Source: Gammaproteobacteria bacterium (lineage in GTDB: Bacteria; Pseudomonadota; Gammaproteobacteria; UBA4575). From it: a DNA stretch of 64,000 nt. The notes beneath the pieces were generated by a model. It made no database searches and had not been told where the DNA came from. It worked only from the letters and a program-made list of their open reading frames with translations. Each line of letters begins with the position of its first letter. The stretch's first letter is position 1. Positions 40,707 through 49,734 of this stretch are shown here, in pieces. The stretch is taken from NCBI GenBank assembly GCA_965221955.1, contig CBDCTA010000029.1, positions 416,001 to 480,000 of the forward strand, given 5' to 3'. A program made the position numbers and the translations under genes.

Positions 40707-42440
40707 TTAAATAGTTTCAAAATAACTAATTTTATCAGCAAGAAATGCAATTGCATCATCAATGGATACTTTTTGAGGATTTGTATCCGTGCGACCTTTG
40801 TATTCGATCATTCCTTCATCTAATCCCCGATCGCTGATAACGATACGGTGTGGAATGCCAATCAGCTCGTGATCTTTAAACATTAAGCCAACTCTGAGAT
40901 CGCGATCATCGAAGAATATCTCAATACCTGCATTAGTTATCTCAGAATATAAACGTTCACAAGCAGTTTGTACTTGTGTCGATTTTTTCATGTTGATAGG
41001 AATTAATGAAAGTTCAAAAGGTGCGATGGATTGTGGCCAGATAATGCCATGGTCATCAAAATTTTGTTCGATTGCAGCCGCTACAACACGGGTGACACCA
41101 ATGCCATAGCAGCCCATGGTAAGAATTTGTTCTTTACTATCATTGCCTAACACACTTGCTTTAAGGGCTTGGCTATATTTATCACCCAATTGGAAAATGT
41201 GCCCGACTTCGATACCGCGTTTAATCGATACAGTGCCTTTGCCATCAGGGCTCGGGTCACCTTCTAAAATTTTACGAATATCAACGCTTTCGGTGTAGTT
41301 AAAATTTTCTACGTCTCGTATCCAGTTCACGCCTTGCATATGAAAGCCGTCTTTATTGGCTCCGCAGACAAAATTTACTAGGTCAGCCGCGGCATGATCA
41401 ATCAATACGGGGCAATTCAAATTTAAAGGGCCGATTGAACCAGGTTTGCAACCCAGTTGAGTTTGAATTTCTTTTTCGCTAGCAAACTCAAGAGGGTCTG
41501 CAATAGCTTCTAATTTTTGTGCTTTGATCGCATTAAGCTCGTGGTCGCCACGTAACACGAGTGCTATTAATGAGTCGCTTGTTCCTTTAACAATAAGCGT
41601 TTTAACAACTTGATCAGCTTCAATATTTAAAAACGTACACACCTCTTCGATGCTGTGTTGATTGGGTGTGGCAACTTCTTCTAACTCGCTTTTTGTTTGG
41701 GTTTCAGGAATAGAACTAGATTTATGAACCGGAGCGAGTTCAACATTTGCTGCATAATCACTATGATCTGAGAATGCAATCGCATCTTCACCAGACTCGG
41801 CAAGTACATGAAATTCATGCGAAGCATTGCCGCCAATACTGCCGGTATCAGCTTCTACTGCACGAAACTCAAGACCTAAACGAGTAAAAATATTCTGATA
41901 GGTATCAAACATGACTTGATAAGTGCGCTGTAAACATTCTTTATTCATATGAAAAGAGTAGGCGTCTTTCATACTGAATTCACGTGCGCGCATGACACCG
42001 AAGCGTGGTCGAATTTCATCACGGAATTTAGTTTGTATTTGGTAAAAATTAACAGGCAGCTGTTTATAGCTACGTACTTCTTTGCGCACAAAATCGGTAA
42101 TCACTTCTTCATGTGTTGGGCCATAACAAAATTCACGGTTATGTCGATCATGTAAGCGCAATAATTCAGGTCCATACTGATCCCAACGTTCAGATTCTTG
42201 CCACAGTTCTGCCGGCTGTATAGATGGCATAAGTACTTCAATCGCGCCCGACTTATTCATTTCTTCACGAATAATATTTTCAACTTTACGCAAAGTACGT
42301 AGCCCCATCGGCATCCAGGTATACAACCCTGCAGCTAAGCGACGGATCATGCCGGCACGCAACATTAATTGGTGGCTGATGACTTCGGCGTCGGCAGGGG
42401 ATTCTTTAAGGGTGGATAAAAAGAACTGACTTACACGCAT
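40707..42440 (-). CDS. proS: Proline--tRNA ligase
   Basis: [38 protein letters not shown] editing domain, [18 protein letters not shown]. Confidence 0.98.
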   Translation of the reverse strand: MRVSQFFLSTLKESPADAEVISHQLMLRAGMIRRLAAGLYTWMPMGLRTLRKVENIIREEMNKSGAIEVLMPSIQPAELWQESERWDQYGPELLRLHDRHNREFCYGPTHEEVITDFVRKEVRSYKQLPVNFYQIQTKFRDEIRPRFGVMRAREFSMKDAYSFHMNKECLQRTYQVMFDTYQNIFTRLGLEFRAVEADTGSIGGNASHEFHVLAESGEDAIAFSDHSDYAANVELAPVHKSSSIPETQTKSELEEVATPNQHSIEEVCTFLNIEADQVVKTLIVKGTSDSLIALVLRGDHELNAIKAQKLEAIADPLEFASEKEIQTQLGCKPGSIGPLNLNCPVLIDHAAADLVNFVCGANKDGFHMQGVNWIRDVENFNYTESVDIRKILEGDPSPDGKGTVSIKRGIEVGHIFQLGDKYSQALKASVLGNDSKEQILTMGCYGIGVTRVVAAAIEQNFDDHGIIWPQSIAPFELSLIPINMKKSTQVQTACERLYSEITNAGIEIFFDDRDLRVGLMFKDHELIGIPHRIVISDRGLDEGMIEYKGRTDTNPQKVSIDDAIAFLADKISYFETI

Positions 42441-42577
42441 AAAGATAAAAAGGGCTCAAATATAGTACTAGCTTAAAATTTTAGGCCACATAGTAACAAG
42501 AAGTTACTATGATCTATACAACGAGATCTATATCGTGGATATAGAAATTATTATTTAGATTTAGGAATGAAAGAGTG

Positions 42578-43024
42578 TTAGCTACAAAATTCAGAAACTT
42601 GTTCTTTTGTTTCTTGAATTTTAGCTTGGCGTTCTTCTTCAGTCAGCTTGCGATAGATGTCGCCATCTTTTACGGTCACTTGACCACGACTGGTTAGAGA
42701 CTCCATGTTCTTGGTTGCAATTGCGCAATTCTCTGCTTTAATTCTATTGCTTTCTTCCTGAACTTTCTTATCCGCTTCAGTTTGTTTGCGTTGCTCGCGA
42801 CGTTCTTCGAATGTACTGTCAGAATCACTAGGGTCCGCTTTTGCTACAGAAGTTGATTTACCAATATTCTCCTCAAACACAATTTCAAACTTCACGCCTG
42901 ACGCAGGAGGGGTTTGACTATAAATAACTCGACCATCTTCATTCCACTTATATACTGGCCCAGCATAGGCTGCAGTAACGAGTAAGAGCGAAAAACTGAT
43001 GGTAAATAGCGTTTTAGCAATCAT
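42578..43024 (-). CDS. DUF4124 domain exported protein
   Basis: Signal peptide followed by VYKWNEDGRVIYSQTPP; C-terminal Cys pair. Confidence 0.8.
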   Translation of the reverse strand: MIAKTLFTISFSLLLVTAAYAGPVYKWNEDGRVIYSQTPPASGVKFEIVFEENIGKSTSVAKADPSDSDSTFEERREQRKQTEADKKVQEESNRIKAENCAIATKNMESLTSRGQVTVKDGDIYRKLTEEERQAKIQETKEQVSEFCS

Positions 43025-43301
43025 TGGCAATCTATATAGAGTTAATTCGAACCCTTCCAGTCTAACAAAAATAAGCTCAATTATGTGGCATAGCGAATTT
43101 TATAAAGGCTGGGCGGGGTCATTCTAACGATGAAACAAAGTACTATATCTATCCAATTCCAGAAGTGTGAACTGCGTAGGTGCTTGTTTTATAACCATTG
43201 TGGGCCTAAATAATGAATTAAATTTCATGAGGCTTCACACGGGCTTCTGGTGCTATACTGTTGCTCATAAAAAAAATCAATTGGACTTCAAAGAGGTCTC
43301 C

Positions 43302-44201
43302 ATGGCGGATCGACGTTTACAGGTATTTTATACCGTTGCAAAGTTGCTCAGTTTCACTAAGGCAGCTGAAACCTTACACATGACACAACCAGCGGTGACC
43401 TTTCAGGTGCGACAGCTTGAGGAGCACTTTAATACTCGGTTATTCGATCGTACTCATAATCGCGTAACCTTGACTGAAGCAGGACGTAAATCTTACGAAT
43501 ATGCAGAAGAGATTTTTGAGCTCTATGCAGAAATGGAAAACTCGATTAAAGAGTTAACCGGTGATGTAAGTGGCGTATTGACCTTGGGCGCAAGTACTAC
43601 CATTGCAGAATACATGCTGCCTAGTTTATTAAGTGGCTTTACTAAACAATATCCTGATATTCAATTACGTCTCAAAGTTTCGAATACTGAAGGTATTGTT
43701 TCGATGATAGAAAACAGCATGATCGATTTAGGGATCGTCGAAGGACCGGTTACCAACAAAAATTTACTCGTCGAAGAGTGCCGTAAAGATTCCCTGGTTG
43801 TCATTGTTCCAAAAGATCATGAGTTGGCAAGCAAAAGCTCTATCAGTATGGACGAACTCATGCATCATCCCTTTATCTGTCGCGAAGAAGGGTCAGGTAC
43901 ACGAGAAGTCATTATGGACTACCTGATAAGTCAAGGTTTGGATCGAAATAACTTAAACATTAGTTTGGAGCTGGGGAGTCCCGAATCTGTGAAGGGTGCG
44001 GTTGAAGCTGGGATGGGTGTTTCGATTGTTTCTAACGTAACGATAGAAAAAGAGCTTAAGCTTGATAGCCTCTATAAACTTGATTTAACCCCCGCGCTCG
44101 AAAGACCATTTTCATTTGTGCGCCAAAGGCAAAAATTCCGACTACATGCAATGGAACAGTTGTTAGATTATGCGCGAGGGTACTGTAGCCCTGAAAAGTA
44201 A
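43302..44201 (+). CDS. LysR-family transcriptional regulator (CysL/CmpR-like)
   Basis: HTH MADRRLQVF..SFTKAAETLHMTQPAVTFQVRQLEE, GASTTIAEY, REEGSGTR; GAGG RBS before 43302. Confidence 0.92.
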   Translation: MADRRLQVFYTVAKLLSFTKAAETLHMTQPAVTFQVRQLEEHFNTRLFDRTHNRVTLTEAGRKSYEYAEEIFELYAEMENSIKELTGDVSGVLTLGASTTIAEYMLPSLLSGFTKQYPDIQLRLKVSNTEGIVSMIENSMIDLGIVEGPVTNKNLLVEECRKDSLVVIVPKDHELASKSSISMDELMHHPFICREEGSGTREVIMDYLISQGLDRNNLNISLELGSPESVKGAVEAGMGVSIVSNVTIEKELKLDSLYKLDLTPALERPFSFVRQRQKFRLHAMEQLLDYARGYCSPEK

Positions 44202-44368
44202 CTTTCGTTTCGAAATTTGCTGTAAGAAAATTCTAATCACTAGTGGCTGAACTAATTGCTAAATTGTCATGCTTCTTTATGTGTAGATAACATCCATATA
44301 AGGGTGTTGCAGAAGAGAACTGTTCATTAAAATGTGTAGTCTGAACAGTATTCCTAGATCTTAAATAC

Positions 44369-45487
44369 ATGATTGAATACATAAGAAACTGGTATCAGCG
44401 ACATTTTTCTGACCCGCAAGTAGTCATACTTGCGTTATTTTTGATTGTTGGCTTTGCGGTCGTTTTATTAGCGGGTGATTTGCTTGCGCCCATATTAGCT
44501 AGCATTGTGATTGCGTATGTGTTGGATGGTGCAGTTGAGATCCTGCGGCGCGGGAAAATTCCCAGATTTCTAGCGTTAGGACTTGTGTTTTTTGCCTTTA
44601 TTACCTTGCTTTTGGTTATCATCTTTGCGTTGGTACCAAAGTTGTCGCAACAGTTAACGCAATTCTTTCGTGAATTGCCGAATATGATTTCTCAAGGTCA
44701 AAATCTGTTGATGCAATTACCGGAGCGCTATCCGAGCATTGCGCAAATATTTACTGAAGAGCAAGTCAACGAGCTTATATGGTCTATTCGGTCGCAACTT
44801 ATTTCTGCGGGACATAATTTTATTAGCCAACCGCTAGAGTCTGTAGTGGGTTTGTTGACTATTATGGTGTACTTAATTTTAGTGCCTTTGCTAGTGTTCT
44901 TTTTCCTAAAAGATAAAGAAAAAATATTAAATTGGTTAGAGGGTTTTTTGCCGAAGAATCGTGAATTAACCAATGAGGTTTGGTTTGAAGTAAATCAAAA
45001 AATTGCCAGCTATATTCGAGGCAAGTTTCTAGAAATATTTTTAATTTGGTTGGTTACCTACGTAACTTTTGTTTTTTTGGGTTTACAGTATGCAATGTTA
45101 CTTTCATTTTTAGTTGGTATTTCTGTAATTGTTCCTTACGTGGGTGCTGCAGTAGTCACGATACCGATTGCTTTTGTAGCATATTTTCAGTGGGGCTTCG
45201 GTGCAGAGTTTGCATATGTACTCATTGCTTATGCGGTAATTCAATTTTTAGACGGGAATATATTAGTACCGTTGTTGTTTTCTGAAGTCGTTAATTTGCA
45301 TCCAGTGGCAATTATTGCTGCAGTATTAGTATTTGGCGGGATTTGGGGTTTGTGGGGAGTGTTTTTTGCAATTCCACTTGCAACGCTCGTAAATGCTGTA
45401 ATTAAAGCTTGGCCTACTCAAAAAAATCTGGAAAAAATGCAAAAAGAAAATAAGAGTAAAGAAGCGCAAGAAACAAATCCAGTATAA
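44369..45487 (+). CDS. perM: AI-2E family transporter (PerM-like)
   Basis: FSDPQ, YIRGK, VPYVGA, QFLDGNILVPLLFSE, LHPV..GGIWG..AIPLA; next to bcp. Confidence 0.85.
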   Translation: MIEYIRNWYQRHFSDPQVVILALFLIVGFAVVLLAGDLLAPILASIVIAYVLDGAVEILRRGKIPRFLALGLVFFAFITLLLVIIFALVPKLSQQLTQFFRELPNMISQGQNLLMQLPERYPSIAQIFTEEQVNELIWSIRSQLISAGHNFISQPLESVVGLLTIMVYLILVPLLVFFFLKDKEKILNWLEGFLPKNRELTNEVWFEVNQKIASYIRGKFLEIFLIWLVTYVTFVFLGLQYAMLLSFLVGISVIVPYVGAAVVTIPIAFVAYFQWGFGAEFAYVLIAYAVIQFLDGNILVPLLFSEVVNLHPVAIIAAVLVFGGIWGLWGVFFAIPLATLVNAVIKAWPTQKNLEKMQKENKSKEAQETNPV

Positions 45488-45492
45488 TATTT

Positions 45493-45990
45493 TTAAAGTT
45501 GTTTGGTCGCAGTAAATACTTCCTCTACATGCTCCTTAACTTTTACTTTTCTCCATTCTTTTCGAAGTACTCCTTTTTCATCAATTAGAAACGTGCTGCG
45601 TTCAATGCCACGCACTTTTTTGCCATACATATTTTTCATTTTTATTACATCAAATAATTTGCACAGTGCTTCATCAGGGTCTGAAATCAATTCAAATTTA
45701 AAGTTAAATTTTTCTTTGAATTTATTGTGAGAGCTCAGTGAATCACGCGATACGCCAAAAACGATTGCTCCCGCACGTTTGAATTTTGTTAATGTAGCCT
45801 GAAAATCTTGTCCTTCGGTAGTGCAGCCAGGAGTATTGTCTTTAGGATAAAAATATAGAATCAACTTTTTGCCCTTGAAATCAGATAATTTAATTTTTTG
45901 TTCTGGTGTGCAAAGGCAGCTGAAGGCAGGTACCTTCTTGTTTAGTGTAACTGTATTGCTTTTTTTGCTTGGGTTTTTGGTGGTAGTCAC
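45493..45990 (-). CDS. bcp: Peroxiredoxin Bcp/PrxQ
   Basis: LYFYPKDNTPGCTTE, GVSRD, GIERSTFLID. Confidence 0.93.
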   Translation of the reverse strand: MTTTKNPSKKSNTVTLNKKVPAFSCLCTPEQKIKLSDFKGKKLILYFYPKDNTPGCTTEGQDFQATLTKFKRAGAIVFGVSRDSLSSHNKFKEKFNFKFELISDPDEALCKLFDVIKMKNMYGKKVRGIERSTFLIDEKGVLRKEWRKVKVKEHVEEVFTATKQL

Positions 45991-46100
45991 AAATATGTCC
46001 TTGATTTAATTAGGTGTTCAGCGCCGGATTCCTTGTAATAGTCTGTTTTCATTTGTAATATCGCTCGCTTCATCGTTCAACCATCCAATTGAGGTAGCCA

Positions 46101-46976
46101 GTGTTCAAAGGCAGCATGGTTGCAATTGCAACCCCCATGCATGAAGGCGGTGCGGTCGACTATGACTCACTAGCTAAATATGTTGAGTTTCATATAGAAA
46201 ATGAAACGGATGCGTTAGTCCCTGCAGGTACAACAGGAGAATCTGCAACCTTGGATCATACCGAACATTGCGAGGTGATTAAATTCGTTGTTGATCAAGT
46301 AAAAGGCCGTATTCCGATTATCGCGGGGACCGGTGCAAATTCCACTCAAGAAGCCATTGCGTTAACTCAATGCGCAAAAGATGCAGGTGCAGATGCTTGC
46401 TTGTTAGTTTCTCCTTATTACAACAAGCCTACTCAAGAAGGCTTAGTACTGCATCACCAGGCAATTGCTAAAGCAGTGGCGATCCCACAAATTCTTTATA
46501 ATGTTCCTGGACGTACAGCATGTGATTTGTTACCAGAGACTGCAATTCGACTTTCTAAAGTTGAGAATATTGTGGGTATCAAAGAAGCTACAGGTGAAAT
46601 CAAACGATGCACACAAATTTTAGAAGGTAGTCCAGAAGGTTTTATGCTAATTAGCGGAGATGATGACACCGCTATGGAATTTCTATTAGCAGGTGGTTGT
46701 GGTGTAATCACGGTTACAGGAAATGTCGCACCAAAATTATTTCATGATATGTGTATGGCCTGTCTTGAAGGTGATCGAAACAAAGCCCAGGAAATTAACG
46801 CTAAATTGGATAAATTGAACAAGGACTTATTTGTTGAGTCTAATCCTATACCGGTGAAATGGTGTTTGACCGAGATGGGTCTTTTCCCAACAGGTATGCG
46901 GTTACCGATGACTACATTATCAAGTCAATATCATGAAACCCTGCGACAAGCATTGTCTGCTGCAGGTTCTATCTAA
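46101..46976 (+). CDS. dapA: 4-hydroxy-tetrahydrodipicolinate synthase
   Basis: GTTGES, PYYNKPTQEG, LYNVPGRT, GIKEATG, SNPIPVK. Confidence 0.97.
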   Translation: MFKGSMVAIATPMHEGGAVDYDSLAKYVEFHIENETDALVPAGTTGESATLDHTEHCEVIKFVVDQVKGRIPIIAGTGANSTQEAIALTQCAKDAGADACLLVSPYYNKPTQEGLVLHHQAIAKAVAIPQILYNVPGRTACDLLPETAIRLSKVENIVGIKEATGEIKRCTQILEGSPEGFMLISGDDDTAMEFLLAGGCGVITVTGNVAPKLFHDMCMACLEGDRNKAQEINAKLDKLNKDLFVESNPIPVKWCLTEMGLFPTGMRLPMTTLSSQYHETLRQALSAAGSI

Positions 46977-46992
46977 ACTGGATACGGATTAA

Positions 46993-48054
46993 GTGCAAAA
47001 AATATTTTCCAACTTCTTTCTTATATGCGTTTTTGTAATTTTGCTATTGCTAAGTGGTTGTGCATTTTTAAAATTTGGTTCGGACTACACAGATGCAGGA
47101 TCTACTAACCCATTAGAAGCTCCGCCTGATTTAGTCACGCCTCAATGGGAAGAGAGTTTGGAAATCCCTAAGACTGCAAATGATCGAGTAAGTGCTTTAG
47201 AAACCCAAGGGCCAGCACTCGGTGCGGCGGTATTACCTGAGTTTGTTGATGTACGTGTGCGTCGTGAAGGGCCTACAACCTGGTTAGAAGTGGATAGTGA
47301 TCCAGTTTCTTTATGGCCAGCCATCCGTAGATTTTGGCAAGATGAAGGCTATCCTATCGGTGCCGATGAACCATTGCTTGGATATATAGAAACCGAATGG
47401 AAGCAACACACGGATCGTTCATTAAGTAGTGAAACCAAGCAAGAAAGCTACGATGTGACGGGTGAAAAATTTCGCACACGTCTTGAGCGTCAGCCGAATG
47501 CGGTAACAAATATATTTTTAACCCATCGCGGTGCAGAAGTTGCAGCGATCAATAAACAAAATCAAATTCTTTGGAAGCCGCAACCACCTAATGGTGAGCG
47601 TGAAACCGAAATGATGATTCGTTTAATGGAGTTTTTAGGAAATACTAGGCAAGAAGCGCAACAAAAATTAGTAGGTGCAGATGCGCAATTTTTATATTTA
47701 GATATAAAAGATATTGGTGGTGTACCTGTTTTAGTAGTGGGAGATATTTTTTCTCGTGTATGGAGGCGTACAGGTGTTGCACTGGATCGCTCGGGTTTAG
47801 TAGTCGAAGATCATGACCGTAATAAGGGCACCTATTATGTAGCGGTAGATTTTGCGCCCGTAGGTGTACCTACGCAGGAAAAAGAAAATATACAAAAGGC
47901 CTTTTACGAAATTCATTTGTTAGGCCAAGGAAAGCAAACGCTCATCACAGTTCACCAAGTTAATAAAGAAGCAGGAGTGATAGATCCTAAAACTGCGAAG
48001 CAATTGTTGAAGAGGGTGGTTGCGGCATATCCGGGGAGTTATCCTAACTCGTAA
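46993..48054 (+). CDS. bamC: Outer membrane protein assembly factor BamC (NlpB/DapX) lipoprotein
   Basis: Lipobox LSGC, PLEAPPDL, GYIETEW, WRRTGVALDR; follows dapA. Confidence 0.85.
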   Translation: MQKIFSNFFLICVFVILLLLSGCAFLKFGSDYTDAGSTNPLEAPPDLVTPQWEESLEIPKTANDRVSALETQGPALGAAVLPEFVDVRVRREGPTTWLEVDSDPVSLWPAIRRFWQDEGYPIGADEPLLGYIETEWKQHTDRSLSSETKQESYDVTGEKFRTRLERQPNAVTNIFLTHRGAEVAAINKQNQILWKPQPPNGERETEMMIRLMEFLGNTRQEAQQKLVGADAQFLYLDIKDIGGVPVLVVGDIFSRVWRRTGVALDRSGLVVEDHDRNKGTYYVAVDFAPVGVPTQEKENIQKAFYEIHLLGQGKQTLITVHQVNKEAGVIDPKTAKQLLKRVVAAYPGSYPNS

Positions 48055-48108
48055 GTTCGATCGTAACTTTTCCGCTCTCTTTGTAAATAAAAGTTTTTTT
48101 CTTAAGCA

Positions 48109-48286
48109 CTTGTTCTTAGAGAGCAAGCTACTTTTGTTACGCCAAAAGTACCCAAAAGCATTGCGCTAACATCACTCAATTCTTCGAATGCTCGATATTT
48201 TCAGCGGCTCGCAAACTCGCTTCACTCAGACACTGCTCGCCTTCACCTGAAAATATCTTACGCTTCTCAGCGTGATGAATGCGCGA
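48109..48286. repeat. Multi-hairpin intergenic element (MITE/REP-like or structured RNA)
   Basis: Inverted repeats TACTTTTG/CAAAAGTA (48129-48150), CATCAC/GTGATG (48170-48277) and GATATTTTCAG/CTGAAAATATC (48194-48257). Confidence 0.55.
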
Positions 48287-48314
48287 TTAAGAGTAAGAAT
48301 GTTTTGAGTATAAT

Positions 48315-48341
48315 AATTGCCAACGACCCAAAGCGGACATT
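48315..48341. repeat. ~30-bp quasi-palindromic site, copy 1
   Basis: AATTGCCAACGACCCAAAGCGGACATT; shares the GCGGACATT arm with copies 2 and 3; 22/27 identical to copy 4 in inverted orientation. Confidence 0.7.
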
Positions 48342-48365
48342 CTAGAAATTAACATGGAGACAAAT

Positions 48366-48737
48366 ATGAATGATAAAACACTATACGAGCGATTAGGTGG
48401 GTATGAAGGCATCATTACTTTTGTGGAGGACCTGCTTCCACGCTTAGAAGCCGATTCTCAACTGGGCCGATTTTGGCAGCATCGAGGTGATGACGGCGTG
48501 GCAAGAGAGAAGCAACTATTGATTGACTATTTATGTGCTAATGCTGGTGGACCCATGTATTACACAGGGCGTGATATGAAAACATCACATGTAGGTATGA
48601 AAATAAGTGAAGAAGATTGGTCCATATTCATGGGGCATGCAGGGGACACTATGAAAGCATTAAATGTCCCAGAGCAAGAATGTAATGAAATTGCTGCCTT
48701 TGTAACGAGTTTAAAATCAGATATTGTCGAAGTTTAA
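48366..48737 (+). CDS. Group I (trHbN-like) truncated hemoglobin
   Basis: TLYERLGG, YLCANAGGPMYYTGRDMKTSH (proximal His F8); GGAGA RBS before the ATG at 48366. Confidence 0.9.
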   Translation: MNDKTLYERLGGYEGIITFVEDLLPRLEADSQLGRFWQHRGDDGVAREKQLLIDYLCANAGGPMYYTGRDMKTSHVGMKISEEDWSIFMGHAGDTMKALNVPEQECNEIAAFVTSLKSDIVEV

Positions 48738-48809
48738 TGACAACTTATAACACTGAATTGGATTCCATATATCTACAAATATTGTATTGAGTCTTTAAGG
48801 GGTTTAGAG

Positions 48810-49601
48810 ATGGAAAGAAACACTACATTGTATTCAAGACTTGGTGAGCGAGACACTATATCCCGCCTCACTAACACGTTATTTTCACACATCATGGCTG
48901 ACAATCAATTAGGTAAATATTGGGAATCAATGTGTGATGATGGAATTAATAAAAACAGACAGTATCTTCTTGACTATTTATGTGCAAATACAGGTGGACC
49001 AGAACTTTATTCCGGCCGTGATAATAAAACTGCGCATAAGGGAATGGACATTACTGAACAAGACTGGACTAAGTTTATTACCCATTTAACAAATACGTTA
49101 GATGGTCATGGAATAATAAATCCAGAAAAAGATGAGGTGTTGAAGTTATTTGCTAATACAAAAAATGACATTGTAGAAGTAAAGCCAACAGTTAAGAGAG
49201 AATCACTGTTTGAAAGAATTGGAAGTTTATCTAAAGTGCAAGAGCTAGCGAGTGAATTTTACGATGTAATGGATAAAGAATCCTTTGCAAAAGATCTGCG
49301 TGAAATTCATCCAGAAAACTTATTTATGTCAAAAAAATCACTAGCTAAATTCATCGCTCAATGGTTGGGTGGGCCAAAATTATTTGGTGATCAGTATGTA
49401 AACGTTACATGGTTAGAGCTACGGCATCGAAGATTTGAGCTGAGCGAAAAAAACAAACAACAATGGCTATATTGCATGGATATGGCGATGACGAATGTAG
49501 GAATTGAAGATGGCTTAAAACGTGAACTACACCGAAAATTTGAAGGCATGATAAATTCAATGCAACTGCAAAGAGACAGAATCAAAAACAAAAATATTTA
49601 G
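48810..49601 (+). CDS. Two-domain truncated hemoglobin: group I domain fused to a group II (trHbO-like) domain
   Basis: Domain 1 TLYSRLG..TGGPELYSGRDNKTAHKGM..DIVEV; domain 2 SLFERIG..EFYDVMD..IHPENL..WLGGPKLF..LRHRRF..QQWLYCM. Confidence 0.85.
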   Translation: MERNTTLYSRLGERDTISRLTNTLFSHIMADNQLGKYWESMCDDGINKNRQYLLDYLCANTGGPELYSGRDNKTAHKGMDITEQDWTKFITHLTNTLDGHGIINPEKDEVLKLFANTKNDIVEVKPTVKRESLFERIGSLSKVQELASEFYDVMDKESFAKDLREIHPENLFMSKKSLAKFIAQWLGGPKLFGDQYVNVTWLELRHRRFELSEKNKQQWLYCMDMAMTNVGIEDGLKRELHRKFEGMINSMQLQRDRIKNKNI

Positions 49602-49607
49602 TTGGGG

Positions 49608-49637
49608 AATGTCCGCTATTGGCCAAAGGCGGACATT
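49608..49637. repeat. ~30-bp quasi-palindromic site, copy 2
   Basis: AATGTCCGC-TATTGGCCAAAG-GCGGACATT, perfect 9-bp arms around a 12-bp spacer, 6 bp after the globin stop. Confidence 0.8.
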
Positions 49638-49698
49638 TTTAGCTCAGTTGTCTCTAATCTGTTGCATCGTCCCTGATGGACATCATATTCGCATATCC

Positions 49699-49730
49699 AT
49701 GTGCTCACTAAGTGCCCGAAAGCGGACATT
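49699..49730. repeat. ~30-bp quasi-palindromic site, copy 3 (degenerate left arm)
   Basis: ATGTGCTCACTAAGTGCCCGAAAGCGGACATT, ending 4 bp from the dxs stop codon. Confidence 0.65.
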
Positions 49731-49734
49731 TTAT

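Noticed and set aside
43167-43301. N-terminal extensions given by the ORF track for LysR (similarly sucD, the binding protein, ispA and globin 1)
   Set aside because: Family N-termini and RBS positions indicate the downstream starts used in the feature list
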